Shown here: positions 23,464 to 36,465 of the stretch, one piece after another
How positions within the stretch are numbered: the stretch's first letter is position 1
How the letters are laid out: the number at the start of each line of letters is the position of its first letter
Assembly: GCA_015680685.1 (NCBI GenBank)
Contig: MNCI01001656.1
Span: 62,001 to 126,000, forward strand
DNA: 64,000 nt
DNA from: Gnetum montanum
Lineage: Eukaryota; Plantae; Gnetophyta
Direction of reading: 5' to 3'
The notes under the pieces: model-generated
Database searches by the model: none
The model's input: the letters and a program-made list of their open reading frames with translations, nothing else
What the model was told of the DNA's origin: nothing
Position numbers and translations under genes: made by a program

Positions 23464-23702
23464 CCACCACACATCCAGAATGATGTTAAACTACCACACA
23501 TTTGGAATGATGTTAAACTACCAAACATCTGCAATGACATTAAACTACCAAACGTCTGCAACGACGTTAAACTAGCCATGGTCAGAGATGACCAGTTCTT
23601 CTAAATTCACCGAAACAACTACTGTCTCGCTTTCTTTGACAAAGATGCAATAGTCCACCATGACTTTAAATTGATATGTGTGGCCCAAAATGGCCTTAAA
23701 AT
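23464..23702 (+). repeat. Motif array after the element B gag-PR stop: four 27-bp units plus 2-3 dispersed copies
   Basis: CATC-CAGAAT-GATG-TTAAACTA; CGTC-TGCAAC-GACG-TTAAACTA; GTC-CACCAT-GAC-TTTAAATT (23653); GGCC-CAAAAT-GGCC-TTAAAAT (23682). Confidence 0.85.
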
Positions 23703-24019
23703 ATAGCATAATACATTACCATTTTACCAAAATCTTGCTACGGCATTCTCTCTTACATTTTGCAAATTACAATTTTAGTTTATCTTATGTTTACCAGTCA
23801 TGATTCCAGTTTGCGTTTACGTTCAAAAATAAACTTGAAAAAAAAAACAAAACAAAAGATATAAATATATATAATATGGAGTGTTAACATGGCAATAGGA
23901 TGATGACATATTACACCATGATCATGGTTATATTTGTTCTCATACATCCCAAAAAACAACAAAATGAGCTGAAAAACTAAAGAAAAACTGACAAAAAATG
24001 AAAAGACTGACAAGCTAAA

Positions 24020-27000
24020 TCATGCATTAGTATTAGGAGGGGGCTGGTCCCCAAACTCCCCTACATCATCAACTCTCGTCCCACTGGGGCCAACCTTACC
24101 AAAACCATGTCCCTATCACAAAAAGAAAAAAAAACAACAAAATAAGGAAACACACATAAATAGATTAAAAGAGCAAAAAAACTAAGGAAAATGATGATGA
24201 CTAAAGGCAATAAAACGATACAAGACTAAAACACTCATAGGTGAGCAAGGCCTAAGATTAGCTTCCAGACGTCATAGAATCTCTTCTTTGGGCACACAAG
24301 CCCTTCTCTCTCGAGTCTAAGGTCAACATTGGCTAAGGTTTTACCCTTGTCTGCTAAAGTCCAGGAGGGGCATTCAAGGGAAAACATACTTGTTGAAGCT
24401 TCCCTAGAGGCAGTGATAATGGATCTCTTAGGAGACCCACCCACTTCAGTACACTCAAAAAACTTGTCATAAGAAGAGTGCAAGCCTAATCCTTCAACGA
24501 ACATCTCCAACTGACAATGTTCAACTGATTTCTCTTTCAACCATTTCTTGTATTGATGCTTATGATCATTCTAATCCTAGCCCCATTTACGTACTTTGGA
24601 TGCAAAAGACTTCCAGTCATGGCACTTCTTGTCCAATAAATCCATCTGAGCCCTCTGTTCGGCCAAATCCTGAGTTGCCTGCACCTTGCTATTTAAGATT
24701 ATCCAATAATGTGCATAGGTGATCTCTGACGTACGCCAAGTACTATCACCGACCAGTCTAGCAGAGGCAAAATCATAATTGGCTTGCAAGTCATTCCTCT
24801 CCTCTGTTACCTTCGTCAAATTTTCCTTCAATGATTGAACTTCATGCCATAAGTGTTCAATTGAGCACCTACAAGTCCAGAGAGACTTGGCATTTGAAAC
24901 AAGACAACCCAAAACTACATCATAAATCCCTCTTGGGATTTGCTCAATATCTTTGGGAAATTTAGGGAGACCATCAATATGGGTGGCCTCGAAAGGGTTC
25001 CATTGAAGCTTTGCACCTACAAGTACAAACATCACACATATGAGCTAATAAGAGATTGCCAATAGATGCAAAAGCACAATCAGCTTAGGCACTTGGTATA
25101 GAGTACATACCTAATTCAGGATGAGCCTGTTGTAGATGAGTAACAACATCATTGACGATGCCTGTAGCAAAGTCTACTTTTTTGGGCATCTCAGGCCATG
25201 ACCTCAATTAACTAGTAGATGTTGGATCTACATGGGAAGGCACCTCAATTGAGGCCTATAACTCCAAAACATTTGCCTAAGATACATGTGCTTCAGATGC
25301 TTCATCATCCACGTCTGGTGTCAGGAAGAGTCATGACAATCAAAATAATGTGCAAAGCTAAGAAGTACAAAATGCAGATCAAACTAACAAAACATACTAA
25401 GAAGCCCTTTGCTGGTCAGCTTAGGTGGATCACCAAGGTGTAGAGATCCATCAAAGAAGCTGTCAAAAACACCTTTCTCCTCACTTGAATGATTAAGGGC
25501 ATCTAAAGCATCAACAAGTGTCACTTCCATGACATATGTTTCATTCCCTCCCTGTAAGATGGAAATATCCTCAGCTATTTCTTCTCTTATTTCTTCCTCT
25601 TCATTTACCCCAATGATAACTATTTCAGGTTCTCCCATTGGAGCTAATTCTTCCCTTTCCTTCTTGGGTATATCCTCTATGATCACCAATAAGTCTAAAG
25701 TTAGCATGACATAATAGGTATGCATACTTAAGAAAGAAAATAAAATCAAAAAGCGATAAAAACACTTAAAGTAGAAAAATACTTACCTGCTCCTGGCAAG
25801 ATGAATTGGATCTTCTTTGCTTTCAGCGGTCTTGCCTCCATAGTAGGTTCCCTTGAATGCTAAGCTCTCCTAACAGTTGTGTGCAATTTAGATGGTTCTA
25901 ACCCCAAGCTATCATGCGAATGGTGGGAATGACTAGCTGCACCCTCTATTGTGATGGAGACTAATTCTTTGATGCCTTTGGATGGATCTTGGTATCTAGT
26001 GATGTTAACTAGATGATAGATCTAGGGGCGAGACAATTGTGAATGATCCGTTAACACATAATGGCTATCTCCATAGACCACTAAGAACTCAACAAACCTA
26101 CGGAGATAGCCTGCGAAAAAGGCAAAGGTGAAATGGGATCTCGCATCAACATTGGAACGTAGCCTGATGATCTCTCCATAGATCCCTAACCCAAGGAACT
26201 GTGCCCAATCGTAGTGCATACCAATCTCCAAGACTAAGTGCATAACATGTGTAAACTCAACCCCAAGACTTCTCGCCTAAGAAAGAGACTTAGGAAATGG
26301 TCATGCTCTAAAGAGTGGATACAGAAAATTTACCTCCATCAAATGAGTATCAGCTTGCATGGCAAAATCCTTAGGATCCCATGGTACACCTAGCCAGTCT
26401 TCAAGTTCCTTGATTACATGGCCTTCTCTAGTTGCTCTATCCACTACCACCTTAGCACCATCTACTGGTACACCAAAAAGATCGAAAAAGAATTCAGTGG
26501 TTAGATGGAAAGATACCTTAACTCCCTGAACTCATGTAGTAAAATATGAGACATCATCATTAAAAGAGTCAACGATGGAAACCATTTTAGTCATGGGAAT
26601 GTTAGGAGTCAAGGCACTAAATAGGTCCATCAAGCTCGCATTTGTAAGGTGGTTGATGATTTTTTTAGGTGCCTTCTTGTGCAGCCACCATTATGACTCC
26701 TCTGTCTCTTCAAACTTCATGAAGAGCATAGCCTCAGTGCACCCAGATATGTCGGTAACCTCATTAATGGAAATTGCCACTGTAGAAAAGACAAGGAAGA
26801 CATTGAGCAAAAAGTTAAGAGTATGATAAGCAATGATGTTACAAAAATGAAAACCAAGCCTGGAACACAATCATTCACCATTAGCAAATGGAGTAGGCAC
26901 ATTTGGTGTAGGATCAACCATTTGGGGAAAAAATGGCCTATCAAGAGATCAATCCTCATGCAACTAGCTGTGAACTTTACAACGTTCAAAGGCCCTAGAA

Positions 27001-27681
27001 AATTTCCTAGGATAATTGACAATAGCACCCTTGGTTTGATCTAGCACCACAACACGAAGAGTGGGGCCCATCATGAATGCCTCCAAGGCTATGAGTGCTA
27101 AGGGAAGCCCACTATCATCCTCATGCAATCCATAATCATCAACATGGAGCCTGCAAAGGAAAAGTATTCATACGTAAACAATGATATAACATTAAAGGAA
27201 CCAAAGTTAAGATAAGTATAAAAGAGCATACCTATCTATTCTGTACACTGTTCTAGGAGGATTTTGGAACAACTTATGCACATGGAAAGCTAGAAAAAGA
27301 GTGCTACTACTGTTGTAATGGCTGCAAGATGATAATCTCCACACACGGGTCAAAGGACATGTGGATCTAGGACCTTTAGGAACACCTCCCTCGACTGTAT
27401 ATAGTCCCTCGTCTATGTCAAGAATGAAGGCTAACATGCCTCATGTTGAGCCAGGTAACATGGTCTCAACAATATCACGAGTCAGCTGCTCGCTCAAGTG
27501 AGACCATATGACAATGTTGAAATTCTGCAAAATAAATGATAGAAATGTAGTAACATTTGGATGAAACCATATTACATGCTGCCCGATCTGCATGTCATAA
27601 CTAGGCATGTTCGGTCCCAAAAGGCCAAACCAAGATAGCACACCAACAAGTTCAACCACCAGGAGAAAAGGCTTAAGTCCC
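24020..27681 (-). pseudogene. Antisense intron-containing accessory gene of element B, homolog of 8681-12483
   Basis: KPFLLVVELVGVL...IWFHPNVTTFLSFILQNFNIVIWS...YNSSSTLFLAFHVHKLFQNPP; FFDLFGVPVDGAKV...HYDWAQFLGLGIYGEI. GT-AG introns at 27151-27231, 26780-26878, 25677-25786, 25315-25397, 25017-25110, plus ~24113-24238 with a mutated donor. Confidence 0.85.
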
Positions 27682-29531
27682 CTACATAGCGCTAGAACCT
27701 TAGGTAAGTGAATTAAAATATATAAAACACATAAATTGAAAATAAAATAAAATAAGGCAAATAAATAAACCCAAAAAGTAAATAATATTCAACACATACA
27801 AGACCACCCCATGAGACAAGGACATCAATGTTTATTTGATGAATTTAACACTCGCTGGGGTACATTTAAAAAATTCATTTCATAGTAAACCAACAAACAA
27901 GTGTGAATACAAAACATGTACATTCATTGTCTAACCCAAGAAAGTAAAAATAAAAGGATACAAATAACCAACAACACTAAACGAATAAGTTACTCATGCG
28001 CTAGTTCCAAAGAATTCACACTGTAGTGCATATTGTAGTAAAATTTAGAGGGGAATTCAATCACGATGCAGCTCACGCTGCAACCCACAAACACGGCTCA
28101 TGCTACTACTCACAATGTAGCTCACGCTGCAACCCACATAGTGGTAGAACTTAGCTAACGATGGAGAGTAACTCATGCCCATACTACAAAAATTGCGGTT
28201 TTCTCTAGAGCGCTCATGCCTAGGAAAAAATTGGTAAAAATAACAGTTTTCTCTGGAACACTCATGCCCTGTCCCTCCCAGACACCCACGTTCATACTAT
28301 ACCCCACATCTATTGGTAATGCACAATGAGCTTGCCTTGCATTCCCATATCCTTCCTCTCTACAGCAGCTCACGCTGTGCCTAACATTTCATCAACATCG
28401 ACACCAAACTTACCACTCCGCACATGCTTGGTAATGTCACATAAAACCCTCAATCATGCTATCCACATCCCCTTAAAACCTCCATGCATGCCTTACACAT
28501 TCATGCACCCAACTCATGCCCTCACCACTCACGCTGGGCATCCCCTAGGTTGCTCACGCTGGGCGTGCCTTGGGCTACTCACACCAACTGATCCTCTTCA
28601 ACCAATAAATCATACAAAAACAAGAAATTTTGTAGGAATGTGCTTTGTCCATTACTTACACTACCCACACTCATGCCATCGTCCAAAATAGCAATGAACC
28701 CAAAGAATGGCAAGACCCAAAACCCTGTAATGTCCCTGACGCCCAAAATTTACAGCAACGAAAAAACTGCGATATAAAACCCCAAAATCAACAAAAATTT
28801 CATGCTGAAATTGTCACAAAGTGGTGGCCCTAATGGCTCACGCTGCACCTATGCTATGATTAAATGATGTCAAAACAAGAACATACTTGCATAGGGTCCC
28901 TGCCCATGACAAAATCCTGGGTTGAGGAAGGTGTTGAAGTAGTTGTTCGCTCTCCTTTGCGAATGATAAGCTAGCCTGCTTCTTCTCCTTGCCTTGGCTT
29001 GATTTCTCTTTCCCCTTCATCATTGCTAACGCTACTCACACTTTGTACTGTGGTTTCAAGGTTGCTCACACCACTCATGCCACTCACGCTCTATACCATG
29101 GTCACGCTGCTTCTTGCTCACGTTGCTCACGCTATAGAAGTTTACTCACGCTGGCCGCGTCGTTGCCCTCCAAACAAAGACACAAATGACATTCCTTTAC
29201 TTTGAAACGTCTTTTAAACCCCCCCTTTTGTTCATCCATTTTATTTTATTTCATTTTCATCCATGTTATGATTACCTTGTGCCTTATTTTGTTTTATTTT
29301 CATTATGATTATATGTTGTTGTAGTCTTATTTTTTGTAGTACTATATACACCTACACATAACATAAAAAAAATATAGCAAGGACATCACTGGCCTAGTAT
29401 GGCCTACAATTGCCATTACATTCCACAATTTCATTAGACTAATTATGTGAAATTAATCTACATTTAAAATCTTCTTCATCAAGAAAATGTTGCTTACTTC
29501 ACTCTCGGTTTAAATTGGTAGGAGCAACATC

Positions 29532-32500
29532 ATGGCAACCAAGAATAACTTATCAACATTGTCTCTCAATGGAGCACTAGAAAAGTAACAAGGACAATAA
29601 ATCTAGAATCCTTGGATCTAGACCAATCCACCTACACAAATTTAATAGTGTCCACTCAAGAAATGTTGGATTGGTTTGAAAACATGATGAGGACCCTAGA
29701 TCTAGAGGCCGACAATATCACTAAAGATCCTCTTACTAAATTCTCTATTGCCACTTCCAAAGATAAAACTAGAACATTAAAATTAAGTGTCTTACTAGAC
29801 ACACAACTTGCTAGTGATATCACTCAGGTTTTGAAAGAAAACATAAAGACATTTTCATGTTCTTACACTGACATGCTAGGGTTGGACCCTCGAATCATCT
29901 AACATAACATCATCCTTGATGAAAAAATTAAATCAGTGAAATAAAAGGCCCAAAGGGTTAGACCTGAGGTAGCGTTAGTAGTTCGTGATGAAATCACAAA
30001 GCTCTATCAAGCTGGTTTCATCTAGGCTATTGAATATTCTGACTAGATATCAAACATTGTTGTTGTCCCTAAGAAAAACGGTAGTATACACATATGCATT
30101 GACTTCCATGATCTCAACATAGCCACTATAAAGGATGACCTCCCACTACCCAGCATCGATAAACTCATTGACACAACTGCTAGGCCTGCATTTTTATCCT
30201 TTATGGATGGATTTTTGGGATACAACCAAATAGGAATCAATCCAAAGCATCAACTCAGAACTACCTTCATGACACCTTGGGGCACATTCTGCTATACAAT
30301 GATGCCACTCCACCTTAAAAATGTAGGTGCTACGTATCAATGAGTAACAACATACATATTTAGTGATTACATGCTTGACTTTCTCAATGACTATGTTGAT
30401 GAAATTTCAGTTAAATCTAAAAAAATTGAACAACATGAAAATGATTTAGACTTAGTGCTTAAACGTTGTCTTAAACATGACCTTAGAATTAACCCAAATA
30501 AGTGTGTCTTTGGTGTTAAAATAGGTAGAATGCTTGGCTTTGTGGTCTCCACAATAGGGATACGAGTAGACCTTGATAAGGTTAAAGCAATAACTAGTCT
30601 ACAACCACCTAGGAACCTCACCGAATTACGTGGTCTGCAAGGTAGATTGTAATTCATCAAGCACTTTATCGCAAAAATTATGAATAAGTTAAAACCCATG
30701 CAGCACTTACAATGAAAGAATGTGCATTTCCAATGGACTCAACAATGCCAGGAAGCATTTGAAGACATAAAAATGGAGTTGGCTTAACTACCAATAGTTC
30801 AACCCCCACAAAGTGATAAATTTTTTTACATCTACCTCGCCACATCCAATTGATCTATTGCATCCATGCTTTGCCAAAAATGAGAAGATGGAATCAAGAT
30901 CCCTATTTACCTATGAACAATGATACAATGATGTGGAGAGATTATGTCTTGCCCTGGTCTTTTCCTTGAAAAAGTGATGACATTATCTCTTCTGTAACCA
31001 AGTCTATATCATTTGTAAAGATAATGTGCTTCAAGCTATCACTAACAATGTCTATGAATCAAGTGGGATAGCTAGATGGAAAGTGATGATCGCTGAGTTT
31101 GACCTACACTATGTAACTCAATCCTCCACTAAAGGTCAAGTAGTAGTTAATCAATTGGCCATTTCACCAACACAATATTAAGCAATAATTAATCTCGAAT
31201 TCCCTGATGAAAGCATTAACAACATCAACACTATACCTGATAACTACGATGCAATCCTTTACTTCGATGGGGCTTCAACTTCCTGAGGAGGAAGTGCTGC
31301 AGCCATCATAATGTATCCTTTTGGAGAAATTTGATCCTTTACCTATCGAATAACATTCCCTTGTACCAACAACATGGTAGAGTACGAAAGTCTTCTTAGA
31401 GGTCTTATAGCAACACTAATTTCTGGAATCACACGTCTTGTAGTCCGAGGAGACTCACAGTTAGTAATCAATCAAGTCATAGAGGTTTATGCATGCAAGG
31501 CTTCTCATTTACAATCATACTGTGACCTAACTAAAAACTTGCTAAAAAAATTGATCAATGTAGATGTGCAACATATTCCTAGGAATGAAAATACCATCGC
31601 CGATGCACTTGCTACACTAGCCTTAAACATGACACCTGAGATGTTACATATGTTACCTAGTTCCATAACAAATTGTATCAAACCTATAACTGATGCTCTT
31701 GATGAAATACCCATAGCATCCATCAGTACTACACAAGCAATAGAATGGTATGATGACATAAAAGAGTACCTTCTACAAGGTGAACCACCACAACATTTGA
31801 CGAGTGCTCAAAAGGACGCAGTGCAAAAACACTCTCGGCAATATGCATTAATAGGAGACACATTATGTCGTAGATCCTATGAGGGTATTTTTTTGGTGTG
31901 AATTAATAGCCTCGATGGCCAAATAATCATGAAATAGGTTCACGAAGGACTTTGTGAAGGGAATATAGCACCCAAAGCAATGGCAATGAAAATTAGACGT
32001 TTGGGTTACTGCTGGTCACACATGAAGTACGATTGCTTGTCCAAGGTTAGAAAATGTAACATTTTTCAAAAGCATGGTAACCTAATACATGTGCCACCTA
32101 ATGAGTTTTATACTGCACAAATCACATGGCCATTCCAAAGATGGGGATTAGACATCATTGGGCCGATAACACCACCATCTTCAGGAGGACATAGCTTCAT
32201 CATCATGGCAACCGAATATTTCACAAAGTGGGTGGAAGCTATTCCTCTTAGAAAAACCATGTCTAAACATGTTTGCAATTTCATATTAGAAAACATCGTG
32301 ACCCGTTTTGGTATCCCCATGGCCATAGTCACCAACAATGGACCACAGTTCAGTAGTATGGATACTAAAAGCTTCTGTGAAAGCCTAGGTATTAAGCACT
32401 CATTTTCATCACCATACTACCCATAGAGCAATGGTCAAGCAGAATCTATGAACAAAACGATCATCATGGTGCTCAAAAAGATGTTGAATCAAAGCAAGAG

Positions 32501-32983
32501 ATGATGGCATGAGCAGTTAATCTATGCATTATGGGCATACTGAACAATGCATTGAACGTCCCAGGTAAGACACCATATAGCCTTGTATATGGATCTAAAG
32601 TTTTGTTACCCTTGGAGTTACAGGTTCCCTCATTTCGGACAACACTCTCCAGCCTCCTTGATGAAATCCAGAACAATGAGCTATGTGTTGCTGACCTTGA
32701 CTCGATGGAGGAAGAAAGAGTACGAGCCCTTGATCAAATCGAATGGTATCAGAGAAAACAACGGTGACGCCATCAACATAATCCACATAAGTGTCTGATC
32801 AAGGACGGTGACCTAGTTATTAAGGTGGTCCACAAACACTTGGATAAATTCTCAGCTAACTAGGAAGGATCTTACTTAGTCACCAAGGCATATGATAATG
32901 GGGCATTCAAAATCACCAACATGAATGGAAATGAATTCGCCAATCCTACAAATCACATGTATCTAAAACCATACTACGTTTGA
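29532..32983 (+). pseudogene. pol: Element B pol: RT-RH-aRH-INT
   Basis: SFMDGFLGYNQI, DYVDEISVKS; aRH LYFDGAS, TNNMVEYE, GDSQLVINQV; INT WPFQRWGLDIIGP, EYFTKWVEAIP; ends MYLKPYYV*. Confidence 0.95.
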
Positions 32984-33003
32984 TAAGCTTAAGTTATGCT
33001 TCG

Positions 33004-33310
33004 GTCCTGGCATCATGACCTAAAACTAATACCAAAAAATGGTCCTAGAGCTATGACTTAAAACTAGCACCACAGAATGTTTTGGCATCATGAAAATAAA
33101 CTGACACCATAGAGCTTTGTCCAGTATGATACTAAACTACCACACTTGTCCACCAGAGTCGACTACGACTATAAACTAGCTTGCCTCTTCATAGTTCACT
33201 ATGACTATAAACTAGCACTGCATCATTTGTTACGATGATAAACTGGCAACATGCAAAGGATTATGGTGTGAAACTAATCCACAATAGTTCACTAAGACTA
33301 CAAATTGGCA
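33004..33310 (+). repeat. 3' UTR array of element B: 9 units of the same stem-loop+AAACT motif, period 31-39 bp
   Basis: AAACT-type cores at 33023, 33061, 33098, 33134, 33173, 33209, 33240, 33271, 33302. Example unit: GTC-GACTAC-GAC-TATAAACTAG. Confidence 0.85.
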
Positions 33311-34489
33311 ATATCATCAACAACCTAGCATTATTTGAAAATACATGTTGCTGCAATCGGTTGTATGTGCTCACCAAGAAACTGACGCATGATTTTTCAC
33401 ATAGACCTTGATGAAATTGATGTTGTTCAAGATTTTGTGCACCTTGAAGCTCCACATGATGGCTCCATTCCATTGGCTACATTCTAGTTGAAAATGTTTA
33501 CCTAACTAAATCATTTGTGATTTTCTTGTCCCCTTGGAGTTGTGTTTGTAGGATGACATACTTGAGGCGTTTGCACACAGATGCACTTCATCATGATGAC
33601 AAGGTATCACATTCTTCCTAATGCACGTAACTGGGTTAATCAATTCATTCATAAGTACATTCCCAAATCCTGATACATCCCCTATTTCCCCATCATGTCC
33701 CAATTATCCTATTTAATTACATCCCTTGGACACATTCTACTCCCCCAAAGCTCTTGATACATTGTTGCACACTATGATCCTCTAAGTAGTTGCAACACAA
33801 AACACTGTACATGGTGCATGACACAAAAGGCAGGTGCTCAAACATGAGCAAGGCACAAAAAGTAGGCTCTTTTAAAAATACCAAAAGGAAAAAGAAAAAT
33901 AAAGAAAAAACAACGCAAAAACAAAAGAAAAGAAGAAACAAAGAAAAAGGAAAAGAAAACAAAAAGGTCAAAGAGAAAAATGCATGGAAATGGTCTTCAT
34001 GACCCTGTTGACATCATAGACTAAAGACCATTGGCTCTTCTCATACAAACCTAGGAGAGAAGGCAATTGTCTTGGAAAAACACTCGTGTCTCAAATGATC
34101 ATGTTGCACATCATCATGTGGCTTTGGTTGTTTACAACGGGCTCCCTTAAACATGACACAAGGGTCTCGTTTCTCCAAAGAATCCACATCCTATGCCTTG
34201 GTTCCAAGTTTGCTATACATTGGCTATTGACAAGGACCAAAAATTGGCTTGTTCACATGAGAGCATTCCTCTCCCGTAGTTCAAACAATGACATCCTTGA
34301 TCAACTCCTGACTTCCCCCAATTACAATCCCTTGCATCTTGAACCACATTTACTCAATCCCATGTTCTTTTGAAAATGGTGCGATGACATTTGGGCAATG
34401 GCCAATGGACAATGCTTGATTCCAGGTCGATCGTGGTGTTTTGTACTTCTTTGTCGATGCCTCTCGGGTGAATTCCTCCAAACGTCAAC

Positions 34490-34502
34490 AAAGAGGGGCC
34501 AA
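34490..34502 (+). promoter_or_regulatory. Polypurine tract of element B
   Basis: AAAGAGGGGCCAA directly before the LTR start TGAAACA. Confidence 0.85.
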
Positions 34503-36465
34503 TGAAACACCACAAAATTTCAGCTCAACACTTTGAAACAAGAACAAACCAGTGAATCAACACCCAAAGGTTAAAAAATTAGACTAATGTGCATGAATCT
34601 TGTCATGCACGCCGAGGCCATGCTCAAGTCACGCTACCAGCATACGTGTAGTGTGCACACAGCCTGCATACAACATGCACAACCTTCGAAGCTTCAAAAT
34701 CAGGTTAAAATAGTTCTAATTTGAATGGGAAAGACCCCCTTGGGGCCCACTGATGATTATTCCAAGTTTTAGCATCCAAAATCCAAGATTTCAAGTCAAA
34801 ATCACACAAATCTTACTACTCACACTGAGGTCACACCTAGGTCACGATGACAGCGTGAGTCCAGCATGAGTCCAGTGTGAGTAACCAAAAATAGCTCTAA
34901 AAAATGTTAAAATAGCCTAATTTTGAGGGTGCAAGGCCCCCTCAAGGTCCACTAGTTATTTCTCTAGGTCCCAGCCCTCAGAATTCTAATTTTGGGCTCA
35001 AAAATACATCATTTTTAGCACTCACGCTAAGGTCAAGCCTAGGTCACACTAAGGTCATGTTGATAGCGTGAGCCCAACATGAGTTGCCAAAATAACCTGA
35101 ATCAAGGTACAAATAGGCTCAAACTTAGCTTGCAGGTCATCCCCAAGGGCAAGCGGTAGTTACACTTGAAAGAAAGGTCTCAAAAAATCAAGATTTGGTG
35201 TGAAATGAACCATCCTAGCTTGCTCACGCCTAGGTCATGATGACGACATGAGCCTACATGAGCTGCCAAAAGTGACCTAAATCCAAGCAAAAACATGCTC
35301 AAATTGAATATACAAGACATCATCAAGGTTAAATAGTAGTTACACTTTAAAAAAAAGTATTAAAGGTGAAATCTTGATGCAAAATACATCATTTTTGGTC
35401 GGTCACACTGAGGTCATGCCCAGGTTACGCTGGCAGCATGACTCCAGCGTGAGCATTGGTCATGACCAAGACAAAGCACTTTAGACACATGCTGAGGGCA
35501 TGCCAGGATAAGATCAATGTATGTTGGCAACCATGGTGAAGCAAAAACATCTCAGACAGCTATAGGACCACTCATGTCAGTACCCTGCAGTAGCTAGTTC
35601 ATGGATCGGGAAATTCCAAGCAAGCCATAATCAAAATCTCTTGTTGTACACTATCATTTTGTTGTAAATTGGCAACATTTGTGAGCTTGTCAAGCTCTTA
35701 CACTTCAAATTATATGCATGAGCATAATGTAAATCAATACACATTATAAGATATAGTGCATCCAGTTTAAAATGTAGTCTACCTATGTCCAGTTCATACA
35801 CAGCTATACATCCAACACATGTCACACCATCCGTTTTTCTCTCATCTCACAACCATTGATCTCGTTCACAAATCCTACTCCCGAGCCTAGAAAAATGTAT
35901 AAATACCTTGTTCATTGACATAAATAGGGTTGGAAATTTTGCAAAAAAGGATGACCTAAAGAGCATTGGTAGAAAACCTTGGACACTCGAGCGCACGTGA
36001 TCTCAAGCACTTGAGCATTTGCAAATGCTTCATCCTTCATCCCGGGGCTTGACACTTGACCTGCCATCTACACACGTAGCTGCATTTTGACCGGTGCACT
36101 TTATTCTCTAAATTAATACAATACAGTCCTTTACCATCCATTACACTGTTTACATTATTCTAGTTCAATATGCTGATTACATTATTCTAGTTCATCATTT
36201 TACATTTGCATCATTCTATTCCATTATTACATTACATCTATGCTTTGTTTACATACTCGTGTTACGTTTGTTATGATAACCCCAGTGCAAGCCATAGCTT
36301 ATGCTTGGGGAAGTCCTTGGTTGATTTATGTGTAGACCATCCAAGGCACTCTACATTTGTTTTTCTAGATTTTCCTCACACGAAGGCAAGGTCACCTATG
36401 TCTCTCCAGAGATCTTTCGGCATACGTTTTCCTCCAGCCTTACGCTAACAAATTCAGATGGTACA
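34503..36465 (+). repeat. Element B 3' LTR (1963 bp)
   Basis: TGAAACACC...GGTACA; colinear with 48-1084 plus 18284-19220. Confidence 0.95.

Larger units (their letters stand above)
48..36465 (+). mobile_element. Element B: full-length Tat-lineage Ty3/Gypsy LTR retrotransposon (about 19.2 kb excluding nested A), degenerate
   Basis: Paired LTRs TGA(G/A)ACACCAC...GGTACA. TSD ACACG (43-47) / ACACA (36466-36470). PBS at 19226, PPT at 34490. Contains gag-PR and RT-RH-aRH-INT. Confidence 0.95.
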
